From the UHGV virus genome UHGV-0371280: 34,882 nt of DNA, one strand, 5' to 3'. The notes beneath the pieces are model-generated. The model saw nothing but the letters and a program-made list of their open reading frames with translations, had not been told where the DNA came from and did no database searches. A program made the translations under genes and the position numbers. Of this stretch, positions 20,939-29,291 are shown piece after piece. This DNA comes from a virus. How positions within the stretch are numbered: the stretch's first letter is position 1; the number at the start of each line of letters is the position of its first letter.

Positions 20939-22345
20939 ATGGCTGATATATCAACACCCAACCTCGACTATAACGATATGCTGGAGGCGTGGGATATTAA
21001 CGACGCATTGATGGGCGGTACGCTTGAAATGCGCAGGCAGGGGGAAAATTATCTCCCCAAATGGCCTAATGAAGATGAAGACGCTTATAAAAAACGCCTG
21101 TCTGTGGCTACGTTACTTCCTGTGTATGAAGAAAGCATCAAACAAAATATTGGGCGCATATTTGCAGAGCCGACAGTATTGAGTGAGGAAACGCCGGAAA
21201 AAATCAGGGAATATGCAGAAAATATCGACATGGAGGGGAGCCGACTGGATGTGTGGGCGCAGCAATTTTTCAGTCTCGCATTTCAGTATGGTGTGGCACA
21301 TGCGCTGGTGGACTATCCACGAACGGATATGAACGAGATTCGGACAAAAGCCGATGAAAACGCGGCCGGTGGTCGCCCGTACGTTACGATGCTGAATCCA
21401 CGCCAGGTTATTGGATGGAAATCGAAAGTTGAAAAAGGGAAAGTTGTTCTCACTGATTTGCGTATAAAAGAGGTCATCATTATTGATGGTGATGATTTCG
21501 GGCAGAAGAAGGTGGAGCAGATCCGCCATATTATGCCCCGTCGAGTAGAAATTTATCGACGCAGCGAAGGTACTAATGGCGAATCTGTCTGGATGCTTCA
21601 TGAGTCATGGAATACCAGCCGTGATGATATTCCTCTGGTAACACTGTATACGAAGAAAACAGGGTTTATGCGTGGTACACCGCCATTGCTTAATCTTGGC
21701 TTGCTGAATATCAAGCACTGGCAAAGCCAGAGCGAGCAGGACAATATTCTTCATGTTGCCCGCGTTCCATTGCTGGTGGCCTACGGGCTGGACAGGAATG
21801 AAGAACTGACGGTTGGTGCATCCACGGCTACGATTTTTGAGGACAGAACAAAAAATGGCCTCGAATATGTTGAACATAGTGGCGCAGCGATAGAATCTGG
21901 CGAAACATCACTTGAGAAGCTGGAAAATCAGATGCGTCATGCCGGCGCTAAACTTCTGCGGGCTGAAAATACATCCACCAAATCTGTTGATCAGACTAAT
22001 GAAGAGCGGATGCAGGAACACTCGCCGCTTTATACAATGGCGAACTCCCTCGAAGATGCCCTCGATAATATTCTCCAGATAATGGCGGAATGGAGCGGAG
22101 AGAGTTGCGGTGGCAATGTGGATGTGCGCACTGAACTGGATGTATCTGCCCAGGTGTTTGACTCATCCTCCGCGCTGGCTGTTCAGTCATTGCGTCAGGG
22201 CGGTGATATACGTCAGATTGATGCGGTTCGGGTGTTGCAGGCGTTGAAATTTATCGATCAGGATTCCCGTCCAGAGGATGTGATCGATGAATTAAAAAAT
22301 CAGAGTGTAATGTTGATGGAAATCAATGATGCAAACCGTGAATGA
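20939..22345 (+). CDS. Portal protein (putative)
   Basis: 468 aa directly downstream of terL, the canonical portal position and size. Family not determined. Confidence 0.65.
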   Translation: MADISTPNLDYNDMLEAWDINDALMGGTLEMRRQGENYLPKWPNEDEDAYKKRLSVATLLPVYEESIKQNIGRIFAEPTVLSEETPEKIREYAENIDMEGSRLDVWAQQFFSLAFQYGVAHALVDYPRTDMNEIRTKADENAAGGRPYVTMLNPRQVIGWKSKVEKGKVVLTDLRIKEVIIIDGDDFGQKKVEQIRHIMPRRVEIYRRSEGTNGESVWMLHESWNTSRDDIPLVTLYTKKTGFMRGTPPLLNLGLLNIKHWQSQSEQDNILHVARVPLLVAYGLDRNEELTVGASTATIFEDRTKNGLEYVEHSGAAIESGETSLEKLENQMRHAGAKLLRAENTSTKSVDQTNEERMQEHSPLYTMANSLEDALDNILQIMAEWSGESCGGNVDVRTELDVSAQVFDSSSALAVQSLRQGGDIRQIDAVRVLQALKFIDQDSRPEDVIDELKNQSVMLMEINDANRE

Positions 22346-23441
22346 ACGGCTGCGTGATGAATCAATTGCTCATGCAGTCTGGATATCCCGCTATAGCACT
22401 GGTGTGGCTGCCAGAATGGTGAAAATACTGAATGACAGCGATGCGGAGCTTACAGCTCGCCTGCTGGTAGCACTGGACAGCCTCGATCCTGGTAGTTTTA
22501 CCGTTACGCGCCTGGAGTCACTTCTGGCGAGTGTCAGAGAGGTTAACCGCGCTGCTATTAACAGCATGTTTACCAGTCTCTCCGGAGAGCTGAACGAGCT
22601 GGCAATTTATGAGGCTGGTTATCAGTTAAGTCTGTTTGATTCTCTGCTACCTGATTTTGTTGCTGATGTTCACCCTCTGGTTGGTATATTTTCTGATGCA
22701 CTTTACGCCGCTGCAATGGCGCGACCATTCCAGGGACGACTGCTCAGTGAGTGGGCCTTGGATCTTGAGGCGGATCGGCTCAGACGCATAACAAATACGG
22801 TGCGTCAGGGTTTTTTGCTGGGGGATACCAATGAGCAGATCGCAAGAAAAATTCGGGGACATGTCAGCAAGGGATTTCAGGATGGTGCATTGCAGATGAG
22901 CCGGGCTAATGCGGCCAGCATTGCAAAAACAGCGGTTGGACATCTTGCTGCTACTGCCCGTGAGAGTTTTGCCAGCGCGAATAATGATTTGATTAAGGGT
23001 AAGCAATGGTTATCAACGCTTGATAATCGTACTACGCCACAATGTCGAATCAGGGATCGCCTCAAATATACGCTGGATAATAAACCTGTAGGTCACAGTG
23101 TGCCTTATTTGCATGGGCCGGGAAAAATTCATTTCTGCTGCCGCTCAACGGAAACGTTCATTCTGAAATCAGCGAAGGAACTGGGTATTGATGTTCGTGA
23201 TATTTCCCCGGCTGAGCGGGCCAGCATGGATGGCGTGGTGGCCGGAGATACAACCTACAGGGAATGGTTTTTGCGTCAGCCTTACACCAGACAAAAACAG
23301 ATTGTGGGGGAAACCCGGGCAAAGCTGATTCGGGATGGCGGTATGTCGCCAGATGAATTTTACACCGATAAAGGCGAATGGCTGACGCTGAAGCAACTCC
23401 GTGAGCGTGATGCACAGGTATTCAGAAAAGCAGGGATTTAA
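22326..23441 (+). CDS. Head morphogenesis protein (SPP1 gp7 / Mu F-like, putative)
   Basis: 371 aa; C-terminal segment ...NRTTPQCRIRDRLKYTLDNKPVGHSVPYLHGPGKIHFCCRST... resembles the Mu F-like motif. Follows the portal gene with a 20-nt overlap. Confidence 0.6.
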   Translation: MMQTVNERLRDESIAHAVWISRYSTGVAARMVKILNDSDAELTARLLVALDSLDPGSFTVTRLESLLASVREVNRAAINSMFTSLSGELNELAIYEAGYQLSLFDSLLPDFVADVHPLVGIFSDALYAAAMARPFQGRLLSEWALDLEADRLRRITNTVRQGFLLGDTNEQIARKIRGHVSKGFQDGALQMSRANAASIAKTAVGHLAATARESFASANNDLIKGKQWLSTLDNRTTPQCRIRDRLKYTLDNKPVGHSVPYLHGPGKIHFCCRSTETFILKSAKELGIDVRDISPAERASMDGVVAGDTTYREWFLRQPYTRQKQIVGETRAKLIRDGGMSPDEFYTDKGEWLTLKQLRERDAQVFRKAGI

Positions 23442-23460
23442 ATAAATCATTTATTACAAC

Positions 23461-23488
23461 AGGCTACCTTCGGGTGGCCTTTTTTATT
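23461..23488 (+). terminator. Intrinsic terminator (UUCG-type tetraloop hairpin plus U-tract)
   Basis: AGGCUACC-uucg-GGUGGCCU followed by TTTTTTATT. Preceded by an AT palindrome AATAAATcATTTATT (23441-23455) overlapping the upstream stop codon. Confidence 0.6.
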
Positions 23489-23545
23489 GCTGCGATCCGG
23501 ATGGTGAGCAGCGTAACTGTCGGAAGACTTAAACCAGGTACTAAT

Positions 23546-24310
23546 ATGAAACTGAAAACGGTCGAGATTAACGGAAAACAATACGCAGAAATTGATACTG
23601 CTGGCCTGCCAGTTTATGTGCACGACGATGGTAAAGAAATCGGCTTCGATGCACCGCTGGCGATAAAAAAAATTACAGAGCTTAATGGCGAGGCAAAAAA
23701 TCATCGCCTGGCTAAAGAAGCTGCAGAGGAAAAACTGGCTAAGTTTGCCGCTATCGAAGACCCGAAGAAGGCGATCGAGGCACTGGAAATGCTGTTAAAA
23801 ATCGACCAGAAAAAGCTGATCGATGCGGGACAGGTTGACCAGGTTAAGGCAGAAATTACGAAAAATTTTCAGCAGCAATTAGATGAAGAAAAGCAACGCT
23901 CTCAGATGCTGGAGACGCAGCTTTACGATTCTATGATTGGCGGTAGTTTTGCGGGTTCAAAATATATTGCCGATAAAATTGCGATCCCGGCAGATTTATT
24001 ACAAGCCCGCTTCGGGCAGGCATTCAAAGTGGAAGAAGGGAAGATCGTTGCTTATGACGCTTCCGGCAACAAAATTTATTCCCGCGCGAAGCCTGGCGAA
24101 CTGGCGCAGTTTGATGAGGCGCTGGAGTTCCTTGTCGAAAATTACCCTCAGAAAGACTACATCCTGAAAGCCAGTGGCAACAATGGCGGCGGCTCCCGTC
24201 CGACACAGCATGATATTGGTCAGAAAACGATGAAACGCTCTGCTTTTGATGCACTGGATGTTGCAGGTAAGCAAAACGCATTGAAAGACGGTATCACAAT
24301 CGTTGATTAA
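23546..24310 (+). CDS. Scaffolding protein (putative)
   Basis: 254 aa from ATG 23546 (MKLKTVEINGKQYAEIDTAGLPVYVHDDGKEIGF...), K/E/A-rich with predicted coiled-coil character, sitting between the head morphogenesis and capsid genes. The ORF-track start at 23474 lies inside the terminator. Confidence 0.5.
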   Translation: MKLKTVEINGKQYAEIDTAGLPVYVHDDGKEIGFDAPLAIKKITELNGEAKNHRLAKEAAEEKLAKFAAIEDPKKAIEALEMLLKIDQKKLIDAGQVDQVKAEITKNFQQQLDEEKQRSQMLETQLYDSMIGGSFAGSKYIADKIAIPADLLQARFGQAFKVEEGKIVAYDASGNKIYSRAKPGELAQFDEALEFLVENYPQKDYILKASGNNGGGSRPTQHDIGQKTMKRSAFDALDVAGKQNALKDGITIVD

Positions 24311-24408
24311 CACATTTGTCAGCTTCCGGATGGGAGCTGGTGTCAGGGCTGGATAGCTCATTACTCCATCTATTCACAATTACGCAAATTTTTAAGGAAT
24401 ATTTAATT

Positions 24409-25548
24409 ATGGCTGGAAATACCCTGACCGGGTTGATCCCGACTATTTATACCGCCCTGGATGTTGTATCCCGTGAGCAGGTAGGTTTTATCCCTGCGGT
24501 AGCAAAAAACGTAAAAGCTGACGCCGCAGCAAAAGATCAGACGGTAACCGCGCCAGTTGCGCCTGAGGCGAAAACCGAAGATATCGTACCGGGGCCGTCA
24601 GCTCCGAATACCGGTGATCAAAATATTGGCACTGTTGATGTAAAAATTACTAAATCCAAAATGGCACCGGTTAAATGGAATGGTGAAGAACAACTGGCTC
24701 TTGGCCCTTCAGGGACTTACAACACCATTCTGGCTGATCAGTTCAAGCAGGCTTTTCGCGCCCTTGCAAACGAGGTTGAGGCTGATCTTGGTGCGTTGTA
24801 TTTCGGTGCTTCCCGCGCCGTGGGAACCGCAGGGACAACGCCGTTTGGTGTTAAAGATGATCTTTCTGATGCTGCTCTGGCTCGTCAGGTTCTGGAGGAT
24901 AACGGCGCACCGACAACCGATCTGCAGATGGTGCTTGGCTCCACTGCCATTGCTAATTTGCGCGGAAAACAGTCTGTATTGTTTAAAGTGAATGAATCCG
25001 GCACTGAACAGCTACTGCGTGAGGGCGTGTTGGGGCGTCTGGAGGGATTCAATATTCACAGTTCGGCAGGTGTGAAACGAGCGCCAAAGGTTGCTGCAAC
25101 TGGTTATCTCGTGAATGGAGAGAAAAAAGAAGGCGATGTTCTTATTTCCATTGATACTGGTTCGGGGAGTATTTCTGCAGGTCAGATTGTTACGTTCGCT
25201 GGTGATCCGAATCAGTATGTTGTGGCAGCAGCGACCAGCAATCTGATTACTCTTGCAGCGCCCGGACTGCGTCAGGATCTGGCCGATGATACTGCCATCA
25301 CAGTTGTTGGGGCCTTTACGGCAAATATGGCGTTTGATCGCAACGCGTTTCTGCTGGCATCCCGTACTCCGGCAATGCCGGAAGGTGGCGATAATGCTGA
25401 TGATGTAATGAATGTTACGGACCCGATTTCAGGGATTACGTTCCAGATTGCACTGTATCGTCAGTATCGCCAGGTGCGCTATGAAGTTGGACTGGCATGG
25501 GGTGTTTCATCAGTGAAGCCGGCACATGGTTGTCTGATTCTTGGTTAA
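24409..25548 (+). CDS. Major capsid protein (putative)
   Basis: 379 aa from ATG 24409 (MAGNTLTGLIPTIYTALDVVSREQVGFIPAVAKNVK...), with AAGGAA upstream, after the scaffold gene and followed by a strong terminator. Confidence 0.6.
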   Translation: MAGNTLTGLIPTIYTALDVVSREQVGFIPAVAKNVKADAAAKDQTVTAPVAPEAKTEDIVPGPSAPNTGDQNIGTVDVKITKSKMAPVKWNGEEQLALGPSGTYNTILADQFKQAFRALANEVEADLGALYFGASRAVGTAGTTPFGVKDDLSDAALARQVLEDNGAPTTDLQMVLGSTAIANLRGKQSVLFKVNESGTEQLLREGVLGRLEGFNIHSSAGVKRAPKVAATGYLVNGEKKEGDVLISIDTGSGSISAGQIVTFAGDPNQYVVAAATSNLITLAAPGLRQDLADDTAITVVGAFTANMAFDRNAFLLASRTPAMPEGGDNADDVMNVTDPISGITFQIALYRQYRQVRYEVGLAWGVSSVKPAHGCLILG

Positions 25549-25556
25549 ACATTCAA

Positions 25557-25579
25557 ACGGGGCTTCGGCCCCATTTTTA
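25557..25579 (+). terminator. Intrinsic terminator after the capsid gene
   Basis: GGGGC-uucg-GCCCC perfect stem-loop followed directly by ATTTTT. Confidence 0.7.
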
Positions 25580-25590
25580 ATGGGGGGCAT

Positions 25591-25767
25591 ATGGCCGGAT
25601 TAACTAAAGAGCAAAGAGCACAGCGTGAAGCCGCACAAAAAACGCAAATTGAGTTAGTGGTTATGGTGACCGATTATCAGATGTTTCCCGGCGCACCAAC
25701 TATCGCTAATGTTCATCCTGATGAAGTTGACAACTGGAAGGCTATGGGCTGGAAAACTCAGGAGTAA
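25591..25767 (+). CDS. Small hypothetical protein (58 aa)
   Basis: MAGLTKEQRAQREAAQKTQIELVVMVTDYQMFPGAPTIANVHPDEVDNWKAMGWKTQE; GGGGGG 3 nt upstream of the ATG (short spacing). Stop lies 3 nt before the next gene. Below the ORF-track cutoff. Confidence 0.35.
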   Translation: MAGLTKEQRAQREAAQKTQIELVVMVTDYQMFPGAPTIANVHPDEVDNWKAMGWKTQE

Positions 25768-25770
25768 CAC

Positions 25771-26166
25771 ATGATCACTTACGTGACCTGTGATGACGTT
25801 GATAATGCGTTTGGGAACGCCTGGACGAGTGAGAACGCTAAAAATAAAGCTGTTTTAATGGCTAATGCCTGGCTTAATGGCTTCAACCTGAAAATTAACC
25901 CATCCCGTATTCCGGAAGAGGTAAAACTTGCGGGAGCATATGCAGCCAGAATTGCCTCATTCGGTAAGTTGTTTCAGCAGAAAAATGATTCTGGCGTTGT
26001 TATCAGTAAAGCCGTGTCGGCTGACGGGGTCAGTGTATCGAAATCATTTTCTGAGTTGCCAGCAAACAGCACTGCATTGCTTGAACCCGATTTACAGCTT
26101 GCGATAGCACTGCTGAAACCGTACGGACTTAGTCGCTCACAAGTCAGGGTTGTGAGGGGGGGATAA
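25771..26166 (+). CDS. Head-tail connector / head completion protein (putative, by position)
   Basis: 131 aa; AGGAG 6 nt upstream; first of four tightly packed ~130 aa genes between capsid and tail tube. Confidence 0.4.
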   Translation: MITYVTCDDVDNAFGNAWTSENAKNKAVLMANAWLNGFNLKINPSRIPEEVKLAGAYAARIASFGKLFQQKNDSGVVISKAVSADGVSVSKSFSELPANSTALLEPDLQLAIALLKPYGLSRSQVRVVRGG

Positions 26167-26549
26167 TGGGGCTTCGTGAAGAGATTCAGTCAGAGGTTGC
26201 CGCTGCTTTTGATGAGGATTTAGCGGACGCCGTGAGTGATTTTTCTGGTTCTTACGTTACGCACCGGCACTGGGATCCTGTGACGGAAACTGGCGGCGAA
26301 TCCACCGCAATCTATACCGGGCGAGGCGTGTTGACACGTTATAAGCTGGGCAGAATTGATGGGATTAATATTTTGCATGGTGACCTTAAATTAACCGCTC
26401 TGGTATGCGAGGTTACGGATAAACCAGCTGTCGACCATATTATTGAGATTTATGATCCTGTATCAAGGCAGTTACAACGATACGAGGTAATTACAGCAAG
26501 TGTAGATCCTTCCGCATCAGTTTACTCTATCCAGTTAAGGAGAGCGTAA
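26166..26549 (+). CDS. Head closure / neck protein (putative, by position)
   Basis: 127 aa; TAATG overlap with the upstream gene. Confidence 0.4.
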   Translation: MGLREEIQSEVAAAFDEDLADAVSDFSGSYVTHRHWDPVTETGGESTAIYTGRGVLTRYKLGRIDGINILHGDLKLTALVCEVTDKPAVDHIIEIYDPVSRQLQRYEVITASVDPSASVYSIQLRRA

Positions 26550-26930
26550 ATGGCAAAGGCATGGGATATAGAACCGTCAATATTTGCCGGGATGATTGAG
26601 GAAGATGTAGGGCTGAAGATTCGCTACATCGCTATTCAGATTCTTACTGCTATTGATATTGCTGCTCCGGTTGATACCGGACGTTTCAGAAATAACAACC
26701 TGGTGTCGTTACAGCATCCCGATTTTGGTATATCTGATAACGTGGATCCGAACGGTACGATTGCTGTTCAGCGTGGGATCGGGGTTATTTCGAAAGCTGC
26801 AAATTACGGAGTTATTTATATCCAGAATAACCTTCCTTATGCAGAGGCTCTTGAAAACGGTCATTCACAACAAGCGCCAACTGGCGTGTATGCCAACGCT
26901 TTTCATGGTGTTTTACAGGCTTACAAATGA
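26550..26930 (+). CDS. HK97 gp10-like head-tail joining protein (putative)
   Basis: 126 aa with ...IAAPVDTGRFRNNN..., resembling the gp10-family VDTGxLR signature. Confidence 0.5.
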   Translation: MAKAWDIEPSIFAGMIEEDVGLKIRYIAIQILTAIDIAAPVDTGRFRNNNLVSLQHPDFGISDNVDPNGTIAVQRGIGVISKAANYGVIYIQNNLPYAEALENGHSQQAPTGVYANAFHGVLQAYK

Positions 26931-27319
26931 CGTTTACTGAAATCAGAAATACGGTTATTTCCAGAATGACGGCACAGACGATTATTGATGGAAAAGACGT
27001 ATTGTATCCGAACGCGCCAACGTTCGATCCTTCCGGTAAGTTAATCTGGGCGCGGTTAAGTAATATTCCCGGGCAGGCTGGAGTTAATGAAATTGGCGCG
27101 GGGCCGATTGTTTATCGCACGGGGATAATCATTATTCAGTTATTTGTCCCCGCAGGTTCTGGTTCAAAACTCATTACTGAGACAGCCGATAAATTGCGGG
27201 AACTGTTTGAGTTTCAGGATGACGATCGTCTCAGTTACCAGGCTGTTTCCTCAATAGCCGTTGGCGAAAAGAATGGCTGGTTCCAGCTTAATCTTCAAAT
27301 TCCATATCGCGCGCTCTAG
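26927..27319 (+). CDS. Tail completion / tail terminator protein (putative, by position)
   Basis: 130 aa; 4-nt overlap with the upstream gene; directly precedes the tail tube gene. Confidence 0.4.
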   Translation: MTFTEIRNTVISRMTAQTIIDGKDVLYPNAPTFDPSGKLIWARLSNIPGQAGVNEIGAGPIVYRTGIIIIQLFVPAGSGSKLITETADKLRELFEFQDDDRLSYQAVSSIAVGEKNGWFQLNLQIPYRAL

Positions 27320-27345
27320 CGCAATTAATGACATAGGAGGCTCCT

Positions 27346-28308
27346 GTGAGTTCAGGTGCAAAGGTTATCTCGGCATTTATCCGGGAGACGGTTGCAGGCA
27401 CTACGCCAGCAAGTGGTGACTGGAGTTTATTAAAACGCACAAGCTGGGGAGTAAAACCCACCCAGAATAAAGGCGAAAATAATGAGATTGGTGGCTCCCG
27501 GATGGCTCAGGGGGCGACGCCTGGCACTGTGGATGTCGGCGGTGATGTTGGTACCAAATTTCGCTGGGGTCAACATGATGATTTTCTTGCATCCTGTTTC
27601 GGCGCGGAATGGTCAGGCGATTCTCTGACAATGGGGAATGAGCGAATAACATTTTCTCTGGCGACCTATGCGTCCGATGTCGGAATTGCCTCTGTCGTCA
27701 GAGGAGCGCAGGTTGGCTCATGGAAAATGCAGATCCCTAACGACGGCGATATTACAGCGACCGTAACCTTTGCCGGACTGGACTGGGAATCAAAGGCCGA
27801 TGATACGAATTTTATCAAAGGCGAACCTGTGGATAGTGCAGGAAAGCTACGTTATTCGTTTAAGGAGGTTTCAGCAGTAAGCCTGAATGGTGTTGCCGGA
27901 GGTAACGGTTTTTGTATCGACAGTTTTGATATTCAGTTCGATAACAAACTCCAGACACAGCGTTGTATCGGGACTGGCTCGCCTTATGCAGGAGCAAATA
28001 TTCCGACTACTTTTACACCGTCCGGTACGGTGACGCTTTCATGGTCTAAAGCCGCGTGGGAAATCTGGAGTAAAACACTGACTGGAGAAACAGTTCCGTT
28101 CAGCTTCACGCTTTCGAATGGAGAGGGGGCATACACTTTCAGTTTCCCGAAGGTTCAGGTGTCAGGTGAATGGCCTGATGGGGGTAATAGCGACATTATC
28201 CAGGTTCAATTGAGCATTACCGCAGCAGATGAAGCACCTACGATAACCAGAAAAAAAAATTCCCCGGCTGCCGTGATCGCAAAAGCCAGTGCTGAGGCGA
28301 TTAGTTGA
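27346..28308 (+). CDS. Major tail tube protein (putative)
   Basis: 320 aa, GTG start with AGGAGG 5 nt upstream, immediately before the chaperone and tape measure genes. Confidence 0.55.
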   Translation: MSSGAKVISAFIRETVAGTTPASGDWSLLKRTSWGVKPTQNKGENNEIGGSRMAQGATPGTVDVGGDVGTKFRWGQHDDFLASCFGAEWSGDSLTMGNERITFSLATYASDVGIASVVRGAQVGSWKMQIPNDGDITATVTFAGLDWESKADDTNFIKGEPVDSAGKLRYSFKEVSAVSLNGVAGGNGFCIDSFDIQFDNKLQTQRCIGTGSPYAGANIPTTFTPSGTVTLSWSKAAWEIWSKTLTGETVPFSFTLSNGEGAYTFSFPKVQVSGEWPDGGNSDIIQVQLSITAADEAPTITRKKNSPAAVIAKASAEAIS

Positions 28309-28356
28309 TTTTCCGTTATTCCTCCTGTGGTACTGCCCTACAGGGGGACGCATTGA

Positions 28357-28818
28357 ATGAGGTTATGGATGTTTATTCTTAATCAGAAAATTATCATTGG
28401 TGGAGAACGCTGGTTTACGCCAATGAAGGACTTAAAACCTGTAGACGGGTTAAAACTGTTGGTGGCAAGCAGCGATAACGATCAGTATCGCTCCCGTAAT
28501 GCATTAATCCGTCGCCACATTGAGAAAATGGATGCCAGTTTGCACGTCGGAACGAAGGAGTTTGATATTTCAAAGGTTTCCGAGGTGGATTCTGTTGATG
28601 ATTTACTCATTGATAATGCCGCTCGTTATCTGCTGAAAGACTGGAAAGGGGTTGGTGAACTGGTTAATGGTGTTGAGGTTGCACTGGAATATACGGCAGA
28701 ACGAGGGATCGCGCTGCTTAAGCAGAATCCAGAGTTGTACTGGCAGATCCTTGCAGAAGCAGCCAGCATCGCCCAGGGTAAAGAGCAGCAGAAGCAGGAT
28801 ACGATAAAAAAGCCATAG
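28357..28818 (+). CDS. Tail assembly chaperone (G-like)
   Basis: 153 aa; GGGGGA 7 nt upstream of ATG 28357; terminates 6 nt after an A_AAA_AAG slippery site, with an open -1 frame continuing to 29126. Confidence 0.75.
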   Translation: MRLWMFILNQKIIIGGERWFTPMKDLKPVDGLKLLVASSDNDQYRSRNALIRRHIEKMDASLHVGTKEFDISKVSEVDSVDDLLIDNAARYLLKDWKGVGELVNGVEVALEYTAERGIALLKQNPELYWQILAEAASIAQGKEQQKQDTIKKP

Positions 28819-29126
28819 CTGCCCAGCGGTGGTTATCGGAGTTCGGGGGAGAAAGGGGGGAAAAGGCAAGATGGAAGCGAGAAAAACTCAGGTTGCCACC
28901 GATACCGGAACCAGAAATAGACCCGGTGCTTAAGGAGTTGTTGTACGCCTATTCGGTAATATCCCGTGCCCGACGTTATGCTGGAATGGCTGGGGTGCCT
29001 TTGCCTTTATCTCTGACAGAGATAAATGAATATTTAGCCACTCATCCGGTATTGATTGAGCGCGATGAATTTGAAGCAGTGATCTTTGCACTGGATGACC
29101 AGTATTTTCAGGAGCAGTGTGTGTAG
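28357..29126 (+). CDS. Tail assembly chaperone G-T-like fusion product (via -1 frameshift at 28806-28812)
   Basis: Joined frames predict about 256 aa: G-like body plus extension ...AIAAQRWLSEFGGERGEKARWKREKLRLPPIPEPEIDPVLKELLYAYSVISRARRYAGMAGVPLPLSLTEINEYLATHPVLIERDEFEAVIFALDDQYFQEQCV. Confidence 0.7.
28806..28812 (+). other. Programmed -1 frameshift slippery heptamer A_AAA_AAG
   Basis: Zero-frame codons ata AAA AAG cca TAG; the -1 frame is open from 28782 and continues to the stop at 29124-29126. Confidence 0.8.
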
Positions 29127-29246
29127 TTGTTAATTACGTACACTCTGTTACAGAGATGTGATGGTGTCTTTAATTAAATCGATGATGCTCCTGGAGAAAA
29201 GCATTGCGTGGCCTCGTAATCGCTATATCTACTATTATGTCGCCTG

Positions 29247-29272
29247 AAACCCACTTCGCGGTGGGTTTTTTG
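29247..29272 (+). terminator. Intrinsic terminator between the chaperone and tape measure genes
   Basis: AAACCCAC-uucgcg-GUGGGUUU 8-bp stem, with the T-run TTTTTT continuing from the 3' arm. Confidence 0.6.
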
Positions 29273-29291
29273 TTGTCAGGAGTTTTAATAA

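Noticed and set aside
19677-22190. ORFs 19677-19964, 20056-20280, 20295-20549, 21113-21601, 21605-21877, 21996-22190
   Set aside because: Embedded in or antisense to terL and the portal gene.
22647-24361. ORFs 22647-23006, 22877-23065, 23158-23415, 23169-23450, 23447-23704, 23937-24167, 23999-24361, 24024-24281
   Set aside because: Antisense or alternate frames of the head morphogenesis and scaffold genes.
24680-24991. 103 aa ORF inside the capsid gene
   Set aside because: Alternate frame.
26653-26940. 95 aa ORF overlapping the gp10-like gene
   Set aside because: Alternate frame.
27401-28869. Minus-strand ORFs 27401-27652, 28162-28353, 28603-28869
   Set aside because: Antisense to the tail tube and chaperone genes.
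28893-29126. 77 aa ORF as an independent TTG-initiated gene
   Set aside because: Better explained as the -1 frame extension of the chaperone via the A_AAA_AAG site; no SD and a non-ATG start.
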